The position numbers and the translations under genes are program-made. Positions 11,706 to 21,115 of a stretch of 64,000 nucleotides of DNA are shown here, one piece after another. Within the stretch, counting starts at the first letter, position 1. Each line of letters starts with the position of its first letter. Under the pieces are notes generated by a model. That model was not told the DNA's origin. It saw nothing but the letters and a program-made list of their open reading frames with translations, and did no database searches. Source of the stretch: Microbacterium sp. (GTDB lineage: Bacteria > Actinomycetota > Actinomycetes > Actinomycetales > Microbacteriaceae); NCBI RefSeq assembly GCF_026393345.1, contig NZ_JAPLAI010000036.1, positions 218 to 64,217 of the forward strand. Reading direction: 5' to 3'.

Positions 11706-12506
11706 TCAGGCGAGCTGCACGAGCGAGGTGTAGTCGTCCTCGGCGCCGGCCGCATCCTCGACCCGGGCGTCCACGCGCAGGTGCGGCATGAGCAGCGACC
11801 CCCCGTGGTAGCTGAGGAACGCACAGTCGGCCGCATCCCGACCCGTGGCGATGCGCACGAGTGTCGAGCGCGGGGCGAGCCGGGTGGCGTCGATGACATA
11901 CCAGGCACCGTCGAGATAAGCCTCGGCGACGGCGTGGAAGTCCATCGGGTCGAGGTCCGGGGCGTAGCAGGAGGTGTAGCGGGCGGGGACATCCATCGCC
12001 CGCAGCATCGCGATCACGAGGTGCGCGTAGTCGCGGCACACCCCCTGGCCGGTCATCAGCGTCGTGACGGCACTGTCGGTCCCGAGGCTCAGCCCAGGCG
12101 TGTAGGTCACGCTCGACGCGACGAAGTCCTCGACCGCCGTGAGCAATTCCACCCCGCCGAGGCCGCGGAACTGGCGGCGCGCCTGGGCGAACACCTCGTC
12201 CGACTGGCAGTACCGGCTCGGCCGGAGATACGTGATCGTGTCGAGTTCGCTGAACCGGGACGGGCCGGATGCGGCGGCGATCGTCGCGGCATAGCGCACC
12301 TCCAGCAGCCCCGCCTCTGCCGTGAAGCGATGAAGGCGGCTTCCGCCCTGGTCGACGAGCTCCGCCGCCGTGTAGGTGCGCTCACCCTGCCGGAACGTGA
12401 GGGTTTCGCTGATGAGCGGGACATTCTGCGCGGTCGCGATCTGGAAGATGAGATCGACGGATCCCCCCAGATCCAGGTCGAGTTCGGCGGTCACGGCGCG
12501 CTGCAT
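11706..12506 (-). CDS. Transglutaminase-like family protein
   Basis: PSRYCQSD, GVCRDYAH, DFHAVAE, IDAT (Cys-His-Asp triad); start MQRAV. Confidence 0.9.
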   Translation of the reverse strand: MQRAVTAELDLDLGGSVDLIFQIATAQNVPLISETLTFRQGERTYTAAELVDQGGSRLHRFTAEAGLLEVRYAATIAAASGPSRFSELDTITYLRPSRYCQSDEVFAQARRQFRGLGGVELLTAVEDFVASSVTYTPGLSLGTDSAVTTLMTGQGVCRDYAHLVIAMLRAMDVPARYTSCYAPDLDPMDFHAVAEAYLDGAWYVIDATRLAPRSTLVRIATGRDAADCAFLSYHGGSLLMPHLRVDARVEDAAGAEDDYTSLVQLA

Positions 12507-12608
12507 CGGGCCATCCTCGCACGGCGCGGAACACCGGAACCCACGGGTGTATGAAGAAGTTCGGCGCAGACGACCCCACGGGCTTTCGAGTCGACGTACG
12601 CTCATCCG

Positions 12609-13412
12609 GTGACCCGAGTCCACCGTCCTTCGCCGCGCCGTTCGTTGGCCGCGATCGTCGGGCTGGCCGTGGCGATCGCGGGGGTGAGCGCGGTGGCGCT
12701 GTGGCACCCGTGGAGCGCCGCGCCCGTGGCCGGCCCCGCCGCTGCCGGCGGCACCGCCGCCGCGGTCGCGGTGGAGCCGCTGGACCTTCCCGATTCTCCC
12801 CGCGTGCTCGTGTTCGGCGACTCCTGGACGTACGGCTCGGCTGCCACCACCCCTGAGCTCGGCTACGCCTACCTGCTCGCCGACCTGCTCGGCGGCCAGA
12901 CCATCGTCGACGGGGTTCGCGGCAGCGGATACCTCGTGCCCGGCCTCGACGGCGGCACCTTCGGCGAGCGGATCGCCGACCTCGACCCCACGGCCGACCC
13001 CGACCTCGTGATCATCGAGGGCTCCATCAATGATCGCAAGGTGGCCGCCACCGGGTACCTCGATGCGGTCCCCGCGGCATGGGATGCGCTCGAGGCCATC
13101 TACCCGGAGGCGACGATCGTCGTGCTGGGACCCGCCCCACAGGTGCTCCCGGTCGAATCCGCGACCGCACGAATCGACGAGGACCTCGCGGGCCTCGCCG
13201 CGAAACGCGGGTGGGCGTATCTCTCCCCTCTCGCGGAGGACTGGATCACCCCCGCGAACTACGGCTGGATCATCGACACCGGCATCGGGCGGAACCACCC
13301 CACCACCGCGGGCCACGCCTACCTCGCCGAGCGGGTCGCCGCCGATCTCGATGCGCTCCGCGCGTCCCCCGCATCCGACGGCGCGATCGCCTCGGACGGA
13401 ACCTCAAACTAG
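12609..13412 (+). CDS. Secreted or anchored SGNH/GDSL hydrolase
   Basis: FGDSWT, GSGY, GSIND, NHPTTAGH blocks; N-terminal hydrophobic segment. Confidence 0.9.
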   Translation: MTRVHRPSPRRSLAAIVGLAVAIAGVSAVALWHPWSAAPVAGPAAAGGTAAAVAVEPLDLPDSPRVLVFGDSWTYGSAATTPELGYAYLLADLLGGQTIVDGVRGSGYLVPGLDGGTFGERIADLDPTADPDLVIIEGSINDRKVAATGYLDAVPAAWDALEAIYPEATIVVLGPAPQVLPVESATARIDEDLAGLAAKRGWAYLSPLAEDWITPANYGWIIDTGIGRNHPTTAGHAYLAERVAADLDALRASPASDGAIASDGTSN

Positions 13413-13463
13413 TTAACCAGCCTCCTGCGCTCGTTAACCGTTTCGGTCGTGTACGTTGACGGG

Positions 13464-13787
13464 GTGGGCAGGTTCATCTATTCCGACGCAGCGTCGTCCT
13501 TCGACATCGACGATCGGGTTCTCGCGCATCTGCGCATCGTCGTCATGAACAAGTTGCGGCGCAACGAACCGTTCATGTTCCATCTCGACCGCACCGACGG
13601 GCTCGGTCCCAAGAGCGTCTGGGTGCACCCCGCGGTGCCGCTGGTCTTCCATTTCTTCGGATCACGCCAGCCGGTCATCAACCGGGCCTGGGTGGAGGAC
13701 CTGATGGCCGAGGCGAGCGGACCGAACGGCCTGACCCTCTTGCCCGAACCGGAGCCGGCGACGCCCGAGGCCGCGCCCGCGCGCTGA
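13464..13787 (+). CDS. Small conserved Microbacteriaceae protein (DUF7882-like)
   Basis: MGRFIY...DDRVLAHLRIVVMNKLRRNEPFMF...INRAWVEDL pattern. Confidence 0.75.
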   Translation: MGRFIYSDAASSFDIDDRVLAHLRIVVMNKLRRNEPFMFHLDRTDGLGPKSVWVHPAVPLVFHFFGSRQPVINRAWVEDLMAEASGPNGLTLLPEPEPATPEAAPAR

Positions 13788-13792
13788 GCCGG

Positions 13793-14251
13793 TCAGGCAC
13801 ACTCCCGGTCGATCGCGCTCGTGATCCGGCCGAGGAACGCGGCGATCTGTTCCGCGGTGTCCGCGGGGAGAGCGTCAGCCATCCGCTTGACCTGCGCCGT
13901 CAGCGGGTCGAGCTCCTCGACATCGGCGGTGCGATCCGCCGGCACGACGAGCTTGCTCCGGCCGTCCTGCGGATTCGGCCGGAAGGCGAGCAGTCCTCCG
14001 GCGTGCATCCGATCGAGCATCCCGGTCACGGCAGCCGTGGAGATACCCAGGTGCGCGGCGATCGTGGTGGGCGTCGCCTCCTCGCCGCTGTCGGCGCGGT
14101 CGTACACGAAGCGCATCGCGGCGCGCGCATTCTCACTCGGACCGCAGTCGTTCTGTCGACGTCGAGAGAGCCGCGACTCCGCCAGCCGCAGGCGCTCCGT
14201 CGCGCGGGCCACCTGCTCGGCGGGGGTGCCGTCTTCTTCGGACTCGGGCAT
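13793..14251 (-). CDS. MarR-family transcriptional regulator
   Basis: TPTTIAAHLGISTAAVTGMLDRM wHTH and NPQDGRSKLV wing; start could extend to 14290. Confidence 0.9.
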   Translation of the reverse strand: MPESEEDGTPAEQVARATERLRLAESRLSRRRQNDCGPSENARAAMRFVYDRADSGEEATPTTIAAHLGISTAAVTGMLDRMHAGGLLAFRPNPQDGRSKLVVPADRTADVEELDPLTAQVKRMADALPADTAEQIAAFLGRITSAIDRECA

Positions 14252-14292
14252 CTGTTCCTCTCGCGCGGATTCGGGTCCGCGCTTAACCATTT

Positions 14293-14314
14293 TAGTTAAC
14301 TAGGTTCGCTAGTT
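14293..14314. promoter_or_regulatory. Putative MarR operator
   Basis: TAGTTAACTA palindrome overlapping AACTAG-N5-CTAGTT just upstream of marR. Confidence 0.6.
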
Positions 14315-14441
14315 CCGATAATACCTCAGCGGCCGGAATTCTCTTCCATTGCATTCCTTCATCCGCAGCGGTCGATGTCAAGCGCGTGAGCGGCACTCCC
14401 GATCGCCCCTACTCTCGGGACACACGCATGAGGGAGGGCAC

Positions 14442-14939
14442 ATGGCGGGACCGGGGAGCGGGGCGGATGCGGAGACCGTGCATGGCCGCGACGAGACGAG
14501 CGAGGAGCGCGCCGATCGCAACTGGTCCGAGATCCTGCAGGAGCTGCGTGCGGTGCAGACGGGGACGCAGATCCTCACCGGCTTCCTGCTCGCCGTCGCC
14601 TTCCAGCCGGCGTTCGCCGAGCTCGCCACACAGGAGCGCCTGGCCTACCTGGGTCTCGTGGTGCTGGCGGGGATCGCCACGATCGTCGCGCTCGCGCCCG
14701 TCATCATGCATCGAATGCTGTTCCGCCAGCGTCAGAAGGAGCGTCTGGTGCGCATCGGCAGCGGCTGCCTGATCGCCCTGCTCGCCGTCGTGTCCGCGCT
14801 GGTCGCGGGCGTCACCGCGTTCATCGTCGATGTGACCGTGGACCGCACCGCCGGCGTCATCACCCTCGCGGTAGCGATGGTCATCGTCGGGGCGGTCTGG
14901 TTCGTCGTGCCACGCCTCGGGCGGCCCCGCGCACGCTGA
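14442..14939 (+). CDS. DUF6328-like integral membrane protein
   Basis: ERADRNWSEILQELRAVQTGTQILTGFLL; about 4 TM helices; GGAGG RBS. Confidence 0.85.
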   Translation: MAGPGSGADAETVHGRDETSEERADRNWSEILQELRAVQTGTQILTGFLLAVAFQPAFAELATQERLAYLGLVVLAGIATIVALAPVIMHRMLFRQRQKERLVRIGSGCLIALLAVVSALVAGVTAFIVDVTVDRTAGVITLAVAMVIVGAVWFVVPRLGRPRAR

Positions 14940-14957
14940 GCGCGGGGCCGGACCGGT

Positions 14958-17195
14958 TCAGACCCCGACGAGTTCCTTCTGCGTCGCGTCCCGTTCGGCA
15001 TCCACGGGCGGGACGGCGTCAGCCGCAGCCGGCGACGGCGATACCGCGTCCGGAATGACGACCTCGATCGCGGTACGGGGCGGCCGGATGGCGTCGACGA
15101 TCATGACGAGCACGAGCGAGACGATGCCCCAGATCCCCAGGACCAGCAGGTGCGCGCCGACGGTGTCGCCGCCGAAGTACAGGATCGATCGGATGGCCTC
15201 GAGGGCGGCCGGCATGGGCAGGATCTGGTGGAGCCGCTGGAAGGCGTCCGGCAGCATGTACACCGGCAGCGTGCCGCCGGACGCCGGCATGCCGAGGAAC
15301 ATCAGGATGCCGATCACCGGCAGGAGCGCCAGCATCCCCAGGAGACGCTCCAGCAGGGTCGCGAATAGCGAGACACAGAAGATCGCCAGCGCGCCCGCCC
15401 CGAACATCGGCCAGAAGTGCCCACTGATCGCCCCGACGATCGGAGCCGCGATGATCCACACGTACGCCGAACCGACGAGCGACCACACGGCCAGCACCGG
15501 CAGCAGACGCTTCAGCGGGCGGAGCGCCGGCATCGCGTTCGCCGAGACGACAACGATGAGGAAACCGCCCATCACCCACCCCATGGCCAGGTAGATCAGC
15601 GAGGTGCCGTTCGGGTCGCCGGCCGGAAGGGGCGAGACGTCCTCTGCCTCCATCGGCAGCTGCTGCGCCGCGGTGATCGCGGTGAACACCCGGGTCACGA
15701 TCTGCTGTGTTGTGGTCCCCGCGGCACCGTTGCTGATGAGCACAGCGGTGGGCGACTCGGCCGAGGGCAGGACGAAGGCGCCGGCGAGTTCGCGGTCGTA
15801 GACCAGATCGCGAGCCTCATCCGCATCCGTCATCACAGTGAACGCGAAGACGTCGTCGGTCTGCTCGGTCAGCGCATCGGCCATCTGCTCGGCCTGCTCC
15901 GTCGGCCCGACGATCGCAACCGGGACGTCGGTGGGCGTCGTGCTGTGCATCGCGCCGAGCATGACCGAGATCATCATCGTCACCATGAGGAACGGGAGCG
16001 CGAACAGCATGCCGTAGCGCCACCCCTTGGAACGCGGACGCTTTCCGGAGTGCAGGGCAGGCATATTCAACGCCGCCTGAGGGCGGTTCGGATTGCGCTG
16101 ATGCCGGACGGTGTCGATCGTCAGGGTGAGCAGGAGCCCGCCGAGCGCCCCGATGACGAGGACAAGGATGTGCAGGCTCGCACCGGCACCGTCGAGGTAG
16201 AGCACCGAGCGCAGCGATTGACCGATCGCAGGGGCGGGCAGGAAATTCTGCAGGAAGCCGTAGATCGGCGGCATGGTGTGGATCGACATGCTCAGACCCG
16301 ACGACGGCACCCCCAGCACCATGAGCAGCAGCATCGAGGCGAGCGCCGCCATCGGTCCGAGGATGCGGGTCAGGAACAGCTGCACGCTTCCCACGGCGAA
16401 CACGGACAGCCAGGCGACGCCCATGAGGGGAAGCACGACGTCGCCGGGGACGACGTCGAGGATGGGGCCGGTCACCAGCGCGATGAGTCCGGCGATGATC
16501 GCCGCCCAGCCGGCCAGCAGCGGGACCGCACGACGCAGACGCAGCAGCTCCGGTGAGTTGGAGTACACGAAGCTGAAGGGCAGATAGCCCGCCATGAGCA
16601 GCGCCGACATCATGAAGATCGCGCCGAGTCCGGCGGTATCCGTGGACGGCAGCGGCAGGAGGTCCTCCGTCTGCAGCGTGAGGCCCTGCTCGATCACCTC
16701 AGGGGTGACGAGCTTGGTGACGGTGGACGCCTGCGAAGACCCGAACGCACCGGCGGTGTAGAGGGTGGCGGTGCCGTTCTCGATGACCACGGCGCCGGCC
16801 GCATCGCCGTCCGTGACCCGCTCGGTCGCGAGCGCCGCGGAGGAGAGTACGTCCAGGTCCACGGCGTCGGGATCGGCGTCCTCCAGCGCGGTCACGAAGC
16901 CCTCGACGGCCTGCGAGTCCCCGGCCACCGCGATCGGCATGTCGTGCGGTGTCGGCGCGTGCATCGCGAAGAGGTAACCGCCGATCAGCATCGACAGGAT
17001 CAGGAGCGGCATGACGAACACCGCCACCAGGCGACCGACGTTCTCCCGTTTGGCCCGCATCGCCGCCTGCTCATCGGGCGACAGCGAGGCAGCGTGCGCC
17101 GCCTTGGACTCGGCGCGGGTGCGCGGGCGTGGGTCGGCGGGCGCTACGGCGTCGTCGACGGTCGGGGGCGTGAGGTCGGTCACAGGGGTCTCCAA
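14958..17195 (-). CDS. Internally duplicated DUF3533/ABC-2-like (YhgE/Pip-type) membrane protein
   Basis: Two repeats of 'AMHxxTPxDxP(I/V)A(V/I)xG...LPxPA...RS(V/I)LY' each with ~6 TMs; start uncertain (17183-17249). Confidence 0.75.
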   Translation of the reverse strand: METPVTDLTPPTVDDAVAPADPRPRTRAESKAAHAASLSPDEQAAMRAKRENVGRLVAVFVMPLLILSMLIGGYLFAMHAPTPHDMPIAVAGDSQAVEGFVTALEDADPDAVDLDVLSSAALATERVTDGDAAGAVVIENGTATLYTAGAFGSSQASTVTKLVTPEVIEQGLTLQTEDLLPLPSTDTAGLGAIFMMSALLMAGYLPFSFVYSNSPELLRLRRAVPLLAGWAAIIAGLIALVTGPILDVVPGDVVLPLMGVAWLSVFAVGSVQLFLTRILGPMAALASMLLLMVLGVPSSGLSMSIHTMPPIYGFLQNFLPAPAIGQSLRSVLYLDGAGASLHILVLVIGALGGLLLTLTIDTVRHQRNPNRPQAALNMPALHSGKRPRSKGWRYGMLFALPFLMVTMMISVMLGAMHSTTPTDVPVAIVGPTEQAEQMADALTEQTDDVFAFTVMTDADEARDLVYDRELAGAFVLPSAESPTAVLISNGAAGTTTQQIVTRVFTAITAAQQLPMEAEDVSPLPAGDPNGTSLIYLAMGWVMGGFLIVVVSANAMPALRPLKRLLPVLAVWSLVGSAYVWIIAAPIVGAISGHFWPMFGAGALAIFCVSLFATLLERLLGMLALLPVIGILMFLGMPASGGTLPVYMLPDAFQRLHQILPMPAALEAIRSILYFGGDTVGAHLLVLGIWGIVSLVLVMIVDAIRPPRTAIEVVIPDAVSPSPAAADAVPPVDAERDATQKELVGV

Positions 17196-17211
17196 GGCGT
17201 CTCCGCCATTA

Positions 17212-17231
17212 TTTAAGTCACGTGGCGTAAA
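17212..17231. promoter_or_regulatory. Putative TetR operator
   Basis: TTTAAGTCAC|GTGGCGTAAA, a 20-bp inverted repeat with 2 mismatches in an AT-rich divergent gap. Confidence 0.6.
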
Positions 17232-17290
17232 CTCATTGAATCCGATCATCCTTGTGAATCAGCTGGGACGGCGAGCGAAGCGGAGCGGAA

Positions 17291-17959
17291 ATGGGACGGC
17301 ACAGCGAGCGCGCCCGTGATGCCCTCATGGACGCAGCGGAACAGCTGTTCGCGCTGCACGGCATCGAGGGGGCGTCGAACCGGCAGATCGCCGAGCTCGC
17401 CGGGCAGGCGAACCACTCCGCCGTCGCCTACCACTTCGGCGGGCGGGAAGATCTGCTCCGTGCCCTGATCGCGCGGCACCGGCCGCCCATCGACGCGCGG
17501 CAACGGGAGCTGATCGAGGCGCTCGCCCCCGCCGCGACTGTGCCGGAACTCATCGCGTGCCGGGTGATGCCCTGGATTGAGATGCTCTCGGACCTGCCCC
17601 GGCCCACCTGGCGGGCGCGCTTCCTCGCGCAGCTGCCGAGCCTTCCGGCCATGACCGAGCTGATCGCAGGACTCAGCCCGACCGGCGCGGGCTCCCGCTC
17701 CGCGACCGAGCTCAACGCCCGGCTCGTCACCGCCCTGTCGGACGTACCGGTGAGCGTGCTGATGGGACGGGCGGCCATCCTCGGCCAGATGGTGCTGACG
17801 ACCTGCGCCGCGTATGAACGAGACGTAGCGGCCGGCGTGCGCCGCCCGGACTGGATCGGCGTCGGATACTTCCTTGTCGACGCGAGCGCCGGCATGCTCG
17901 CCGCTCCCGTGACGCATCGCAGCGAGGTGCCGTCCTCCTTCGCCGCCGCACTGGTCTGA
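17291..17959 (+). CDS. TetR/AcrR-family regulator
   Basis: AAEQLFALHGIEGASNRQIAELAGQANHSAVAYHFGGREDL. Confidence 0.93.
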   Translation: MGRHSERARDALMDAAEQLFALHGIEGASNRQIAELAGQANHSAVAYHFGGREDLLRALIARHRPPIDARQRELIEALAPAATVPELIACRVMPWIEMLSDLPRPTWRARFLAQLPSLPAMTELIAGLSPTGAGSRSATELNARLVTALSDVPVSVLMGRAAILGQMVLTTCAAYERDVAAGVRRPDWIGVGYFLVDASAGMLAAPVTHRSEVPSSFAAALV

Positions 17960-17965
17960 TCGAGG

Positions 17966-18205
17966 TCAGTGCCCGGAGAGGTTCAGGTCATCCGGGTCGA
18001 CCTCGACATCGCCGGCGTCATCCGGCCCACCGGTGCCGGGTGCGACGCGCACCTGCTCCGGGTCGATGTCGTCGTCGATGCCGTCCGGCAGCGGGTCGTC
18101 CTGCTTGCGTTGCGTCTCCGTCTCGCTCGCAGGACTGTAGGTCGTGTCGGCACGCACCGCCTGTTCCTCGGTGTGCTTCGGGTGCTCGTTCCGCTCATCG
18201 CTCAT
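17966..18205 (-). CDS. Small acidic hypothetical protein (79 aa)
   Basis: MSDERNEH...APGTGGPDDAGDVEVDPDDL; GAGG RBS; host-like codon use. Confidence 0.65.
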   Translation of the reverse strand: MSDERNEHPKHTEEQAVRADTTYSPASETETQRKQDDPLPDGIDDDIDPEQVRVAPGTGGPDDAGDVEVDPDDLNLSGH

Positions 18206-18313
18206 ATCGCCGCATCCTCTCGTCTCTCCTCCCGGCGACGGTAGGCGGAGCGGCGGCGACCCGCGTGAGGCTTGACAGGCGGATATGGCAGGGTGGCAAC
18301 GAGGGAGGTCGGG

Positions 18314-19690
18314 ATGGGACTCGGCGCGGTGGGGAGCGAGGCTGCGGCGGCGCTCAGGATCGATGCGGCTGCACGCGACCTGGTCCGGGATCCCGTCGGC
18401 GGACTCCCCTGGCGCTCGCACCTTCCGGTCGCACGGCTCGCGACGGACAGCGTGGGTCTGGCCTCGCTTGCGATCGAGCTGACCGGGGCGGCGCGGGAGA
18501 ACCAGTCCCCGTCACCGGCGCAGGCCGAGGGACCGCGCGTGGCCGCATCCTTCACCAGTGAGCGGCTGATCCGTATCGACGGTGAGCCGCCCGCGGTGTG
18601 GGCGCCCCTGTCGGGGTTCTGGCGCGCGGCGGACGGATGGGTCCGCACGCATGCGAACTACCCCCACCATGAGCGCGCGCTGCGGACCCTGCTGCAGCTC
18701 GATCCGGACGCGGGGAAGGATGCGGTCGCCGCAGCCGTCGCGCACCGCTCCGCGATCGACCTCGAATCCGCCGCCGCCGACGCGGGCGCGATCGTCGGCG
18801 CGGTCCGGACGCGGGACACGTGGGCGCGCCATCCGCAGGCGGAGACGCTGACCCGCACGCCGATCGTGGTGACCGGGCGCGTCGACGGAGCCGATCCGCG
18901 CCCGTGGCGCGAGGTCGGCGAGGGGCCCCTGCGCGGCATTCGCGTGCTGGATCTCACCCGCGTCCTCGCCGGCCCGATCGCCGCGCGAGACCTGGCTCTG
19001 GCGGGGGCCGAGGTGCTGCGCGTCGACTCACCGCTCCTGCCGGAGACCGGGTGGATCCACCTCGACACCGGTCAGGGCAAGCGTTCGACGCTCCTCGACC
19101 TCGCCGGCGGATCCGACCGGGCCGCCTTCGAGCGTCTCCTGGCGGAGGCCGACGTGCTCCTCACCGGGTATCGGCCGGGAGCGCTGACGCGGTTCGGCCT
19201 CGAACCGCCCGAGCTGGCGGAACGGCATCCGGGGCTGGTCATGGCACAGGTCTCCGCTTGGGGGTTCGACGGCCCCTGGGCCGGCCGACGGGGCTTCGAC
19301 AGCATCGTGCAGGCCGTGAGCGGCATTGCGATGGTCGAGAGCGACGACGGGGTGGCACCGGGCGCGCTGCCCGCGCAGGCGCTGGATCACTCCACCGGCC
19401 ACTTCCTCGCGGCGGCCATCGTGACCGCGCTCGGCGAGCAGCGGCGCAGCGGCGACTCCCGCACGGTGCGGATGTCCCTCGCACGCACGGCGCAGGCGCT
19501 CCTGGCGTCGGCCGATGAGATCCCCGGACCGGTCGAGGGCGAGCCGCCCACGCGGGAGCGCGCGCTCCCCGGCCCAGCCGCCAGATCCCTCCGCTACGCC
19601 CCGCCGGTCCTGGCGTTCACCGGCGCCCCCGCGGACTACGACCGCGTCGGCGACCCGTGGGGTGCCGACCGGCCCGTCTGGGTCAACTGA
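18314..19690 (+). CDS. CaiB/BaiF (family III) CoA transferase
   Basis: LRGIRVLDLTRVLAGP, GKRS, YRPG, RRGFDSIVQA. Confidence 0.9.
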   Translation: MGLGAVGSEAAAALRIDAAARDLVRDPVGGLPWRSHLPVARLATDSVGLASLAIELTGAARENQSPSPAQAEGPRVAASFTSERLIRIDGEPPAVWAPLSGFWRAADGWVRTHANYPHHERALRTLLQLDPDAGKDAVAAAVAHRSAIDLESAAADAGAIVGAVRTRDTWARHPQAETLTRTPIVVTGRVDGADPRPWREVGEGPLRGIRVLDLTRVLAGPIAARDLALAGAEVLRVDSPLLPETGWIHLDTGQGKRSTLLDLAGGSDRAAFERLLAEADVLLTGYRPGALTRFGLEPPELAERHPGLVMAQVSAWGFDGPWAGRRGFDSIVQAVSGIAMVESDDGVAPGALPAQALDHSTGHFLAAAIVTALGEQRRSGDSRTVRMSLARTAQALLASADEIPGPVEGEPPTRERALPGPAARSLRYAPPVLAFTGAPADYDRVGDPWGADRPVWVN

Positions 19691-19693
19691 GGG

Positions 19694-20116
19694 TCAGCCC
19701 CGCGCGCCGGGACCGCCCTCCGCGAGGAACGCCCCCGAACCCACCACGGTGACCAAGCCCAGCGCGGCAGTCGCGAGGGTGTGGTCGTCGGTGACCAGCA
19801 CGTCGGCCTGCAGCGCGGCGACGGCGAGGTATTCGGCCGCCTGAGTGTCGGGCCAGCCGAGCCGTTCGGCGAGGTCCCACGCTCGCGCGCGTGAGACCCG
19901 GTCGCCCAGCAGCCGGATCTTCAACTCCGCGAGCAGCTCGAGCTGCCGCCGCGCCTCCGGCCGGTCGAGGGCTCCCGCGCGGACCTCACGATAGAGCGTG
20001 GACAGCACCTGCGAGCGGAGGACGGACGGGGCGACCAGCGAGTCCCCCGGACCCAGGACCGGGCGCCGCCGCAGCACCTGTACGGCGACGTCGGCGTCGA
20101 TCGCGTAGCGAGTCAT
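19694..20116 (-). CDS. PIN-domain (VapC-like) protein, no adjacent antitoxin
   Basis: YAIDADV...AEYLAVA...LVTDD PIN pattern, 140 aa. Confidence 0.75.
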   Translation of the reverse strand: MTRYAIDADVAVQVLRRRPVLGPGDSLVAPSVLRSQVLSTLYREVRAGALDRPEARRQLELLAELKIRLLGDRVSRARAWDLAERLGWPDTQAAEYLAVAALQADVLVTDDHTLATAALGLVTVVGSGAFLAEGGPGARG

Positions 20117-20200
20117 GCGTCGATGGTCGCAGACACCCCGGACACGGCACCAGGCCGGCCGCGACCCGCTGCGTGCCGCACGGGACCCGGGTACGGCGAA

Positions 20201-20224
20201 GGGGAGCCGATTGCTCGACTCCCC
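20201..20224 (-). terminator. Hairpin downstream of tRNA-Arg
   Basis: GGGGAGCCGA-ttgc-TCGACTCCCC stem. Confidence 0.55.
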
Positions 20225-20236
20225 TGATGTACGCCG

Positions 20237-20309
20237 TGCCCCCGGAGGGATTCGAACCCCCGACTTTTGGTACCGGAAACCAACGCTCTATCCCCTGAGC
20301 TACGGAGGC
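20237..20309 (-). tRNA. tRNA-Arg (anticodon CCG)
   Basis: GCCTCCGTAGCTCAGGGGATAGAGCG TTGGT-TTCCGGT-ACCAA AAGTCGGGGGTTCGAATCCCTCCGGGGGCA cloverleaf; CCA not encoded. Confidence 0.97.
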
Positions 20310-20361
20310 GTACCGATCGAGACTATCACCCGTCAGCGCTCGGCCCGTCGGCCGGGCGGGG

Positions 20362-21093
20362 CTACGCCCGGGCGATGCGGCGGTATGCGAGATCGCGGAT
20401 GTCGCGCCCGGCACGGGCCCCCTTGCGTTCGAACGCCGTCACCACGCGTCCGTCGAATCTCTCCGCCCACTCCCCCGCGAACGCCCGCTCGAACGGCGGT
20501 GCCGCATCCAGCACGTGCCGCATCTGCAGCGCGTAGTCCTCCCAGTCGGTCGCGAGGCGCAGCACGCCGCCGTCCCGGAGGGCCGCCGCCGCGATCTGGG
20601 CGAACTCGGGCTGGACCAGGCGGCGCTTGGTGTGCTTCTTCTTGTGCCAGGGATCCGGGAAGAAGACCCACAGCTCGTCCACGGATGCGGGTGGCAGCAG
20701 ATGCTGCAGCACCTCCGGGGCGTTGGCCTCGACGAGCCGCAGGTTCCGGACCCCCGCACGGTCCGCATCGCGCATGGTGCGGGCGAGTCCCGCCTTGAAG
20801 ACCTCCACCGCGAGGAAGTTCCGCTCCGGGGCGGCCCCCGCGGCGTGGATCATGGCGTGGCCCTGGCCGGCGCCGATCTCGACGGTCACGGGCGCCTCAC
20901 GGCCCCACACCTGCACGGGGTCGATCGCCGCATCCGCCGCCACGCTGGTCGCCGCCTCCGCGCGCGGCACGTCGATGAGGTAGTCCGCACTCAGCTCGGC
21001 CCACGCACGCTCCTGCGCCTCCGACATGCGGCCACTGCGTCGGACGAACGACACCGGCTTGTCACGGAAGAAGGGTGGGGCGGGTTCGGTCAC
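20362..21093 (-). CDS. trmB: tRNA (guanine-N7)-methyltransferase
   Basis: VEIGAGQG, FFPDPWHKKKHTKRR, ATDWEDY, TAFERK. Confidence 0.95.
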   Translation of the reverse strand: MTEPAPPFFRDKPVSFVRRSGRMSEAQERAWAELSADYLIDVPRAEAATSVAADAAIDPVQVWGREAPVTVEIGAGQGHAMIHAAGAAPERNFLAVEVFKAGLARTMRDADRAGVRNLRLVEANAPEVLQHLLPPASVDELWVFFPDPWHKKKHTKRRLVQPEFAQIAAAALRDGGVLRLATDWEDYALQMRHVLDAAPPFERAFAGEWAERFDGRVVTAFERKGARAGRDIRDLAYRRIARA

Positions 21094-21115
21094 CCCTTCA
21101 GGGTACCGAGCGCGC

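Noticed and set aside
12507-13316. N-terminal extension of the transglutaminase ORF to 536 aa
   Set aside because: Overlaps the SGNH gene on the opposite strand; the recognisable domain starts at 12506
20237-20309. Prophage or ICE integrated at tRNA-Arg
   Set aside because: No integrase, phage genes or duplicated tRNA 3' end seen
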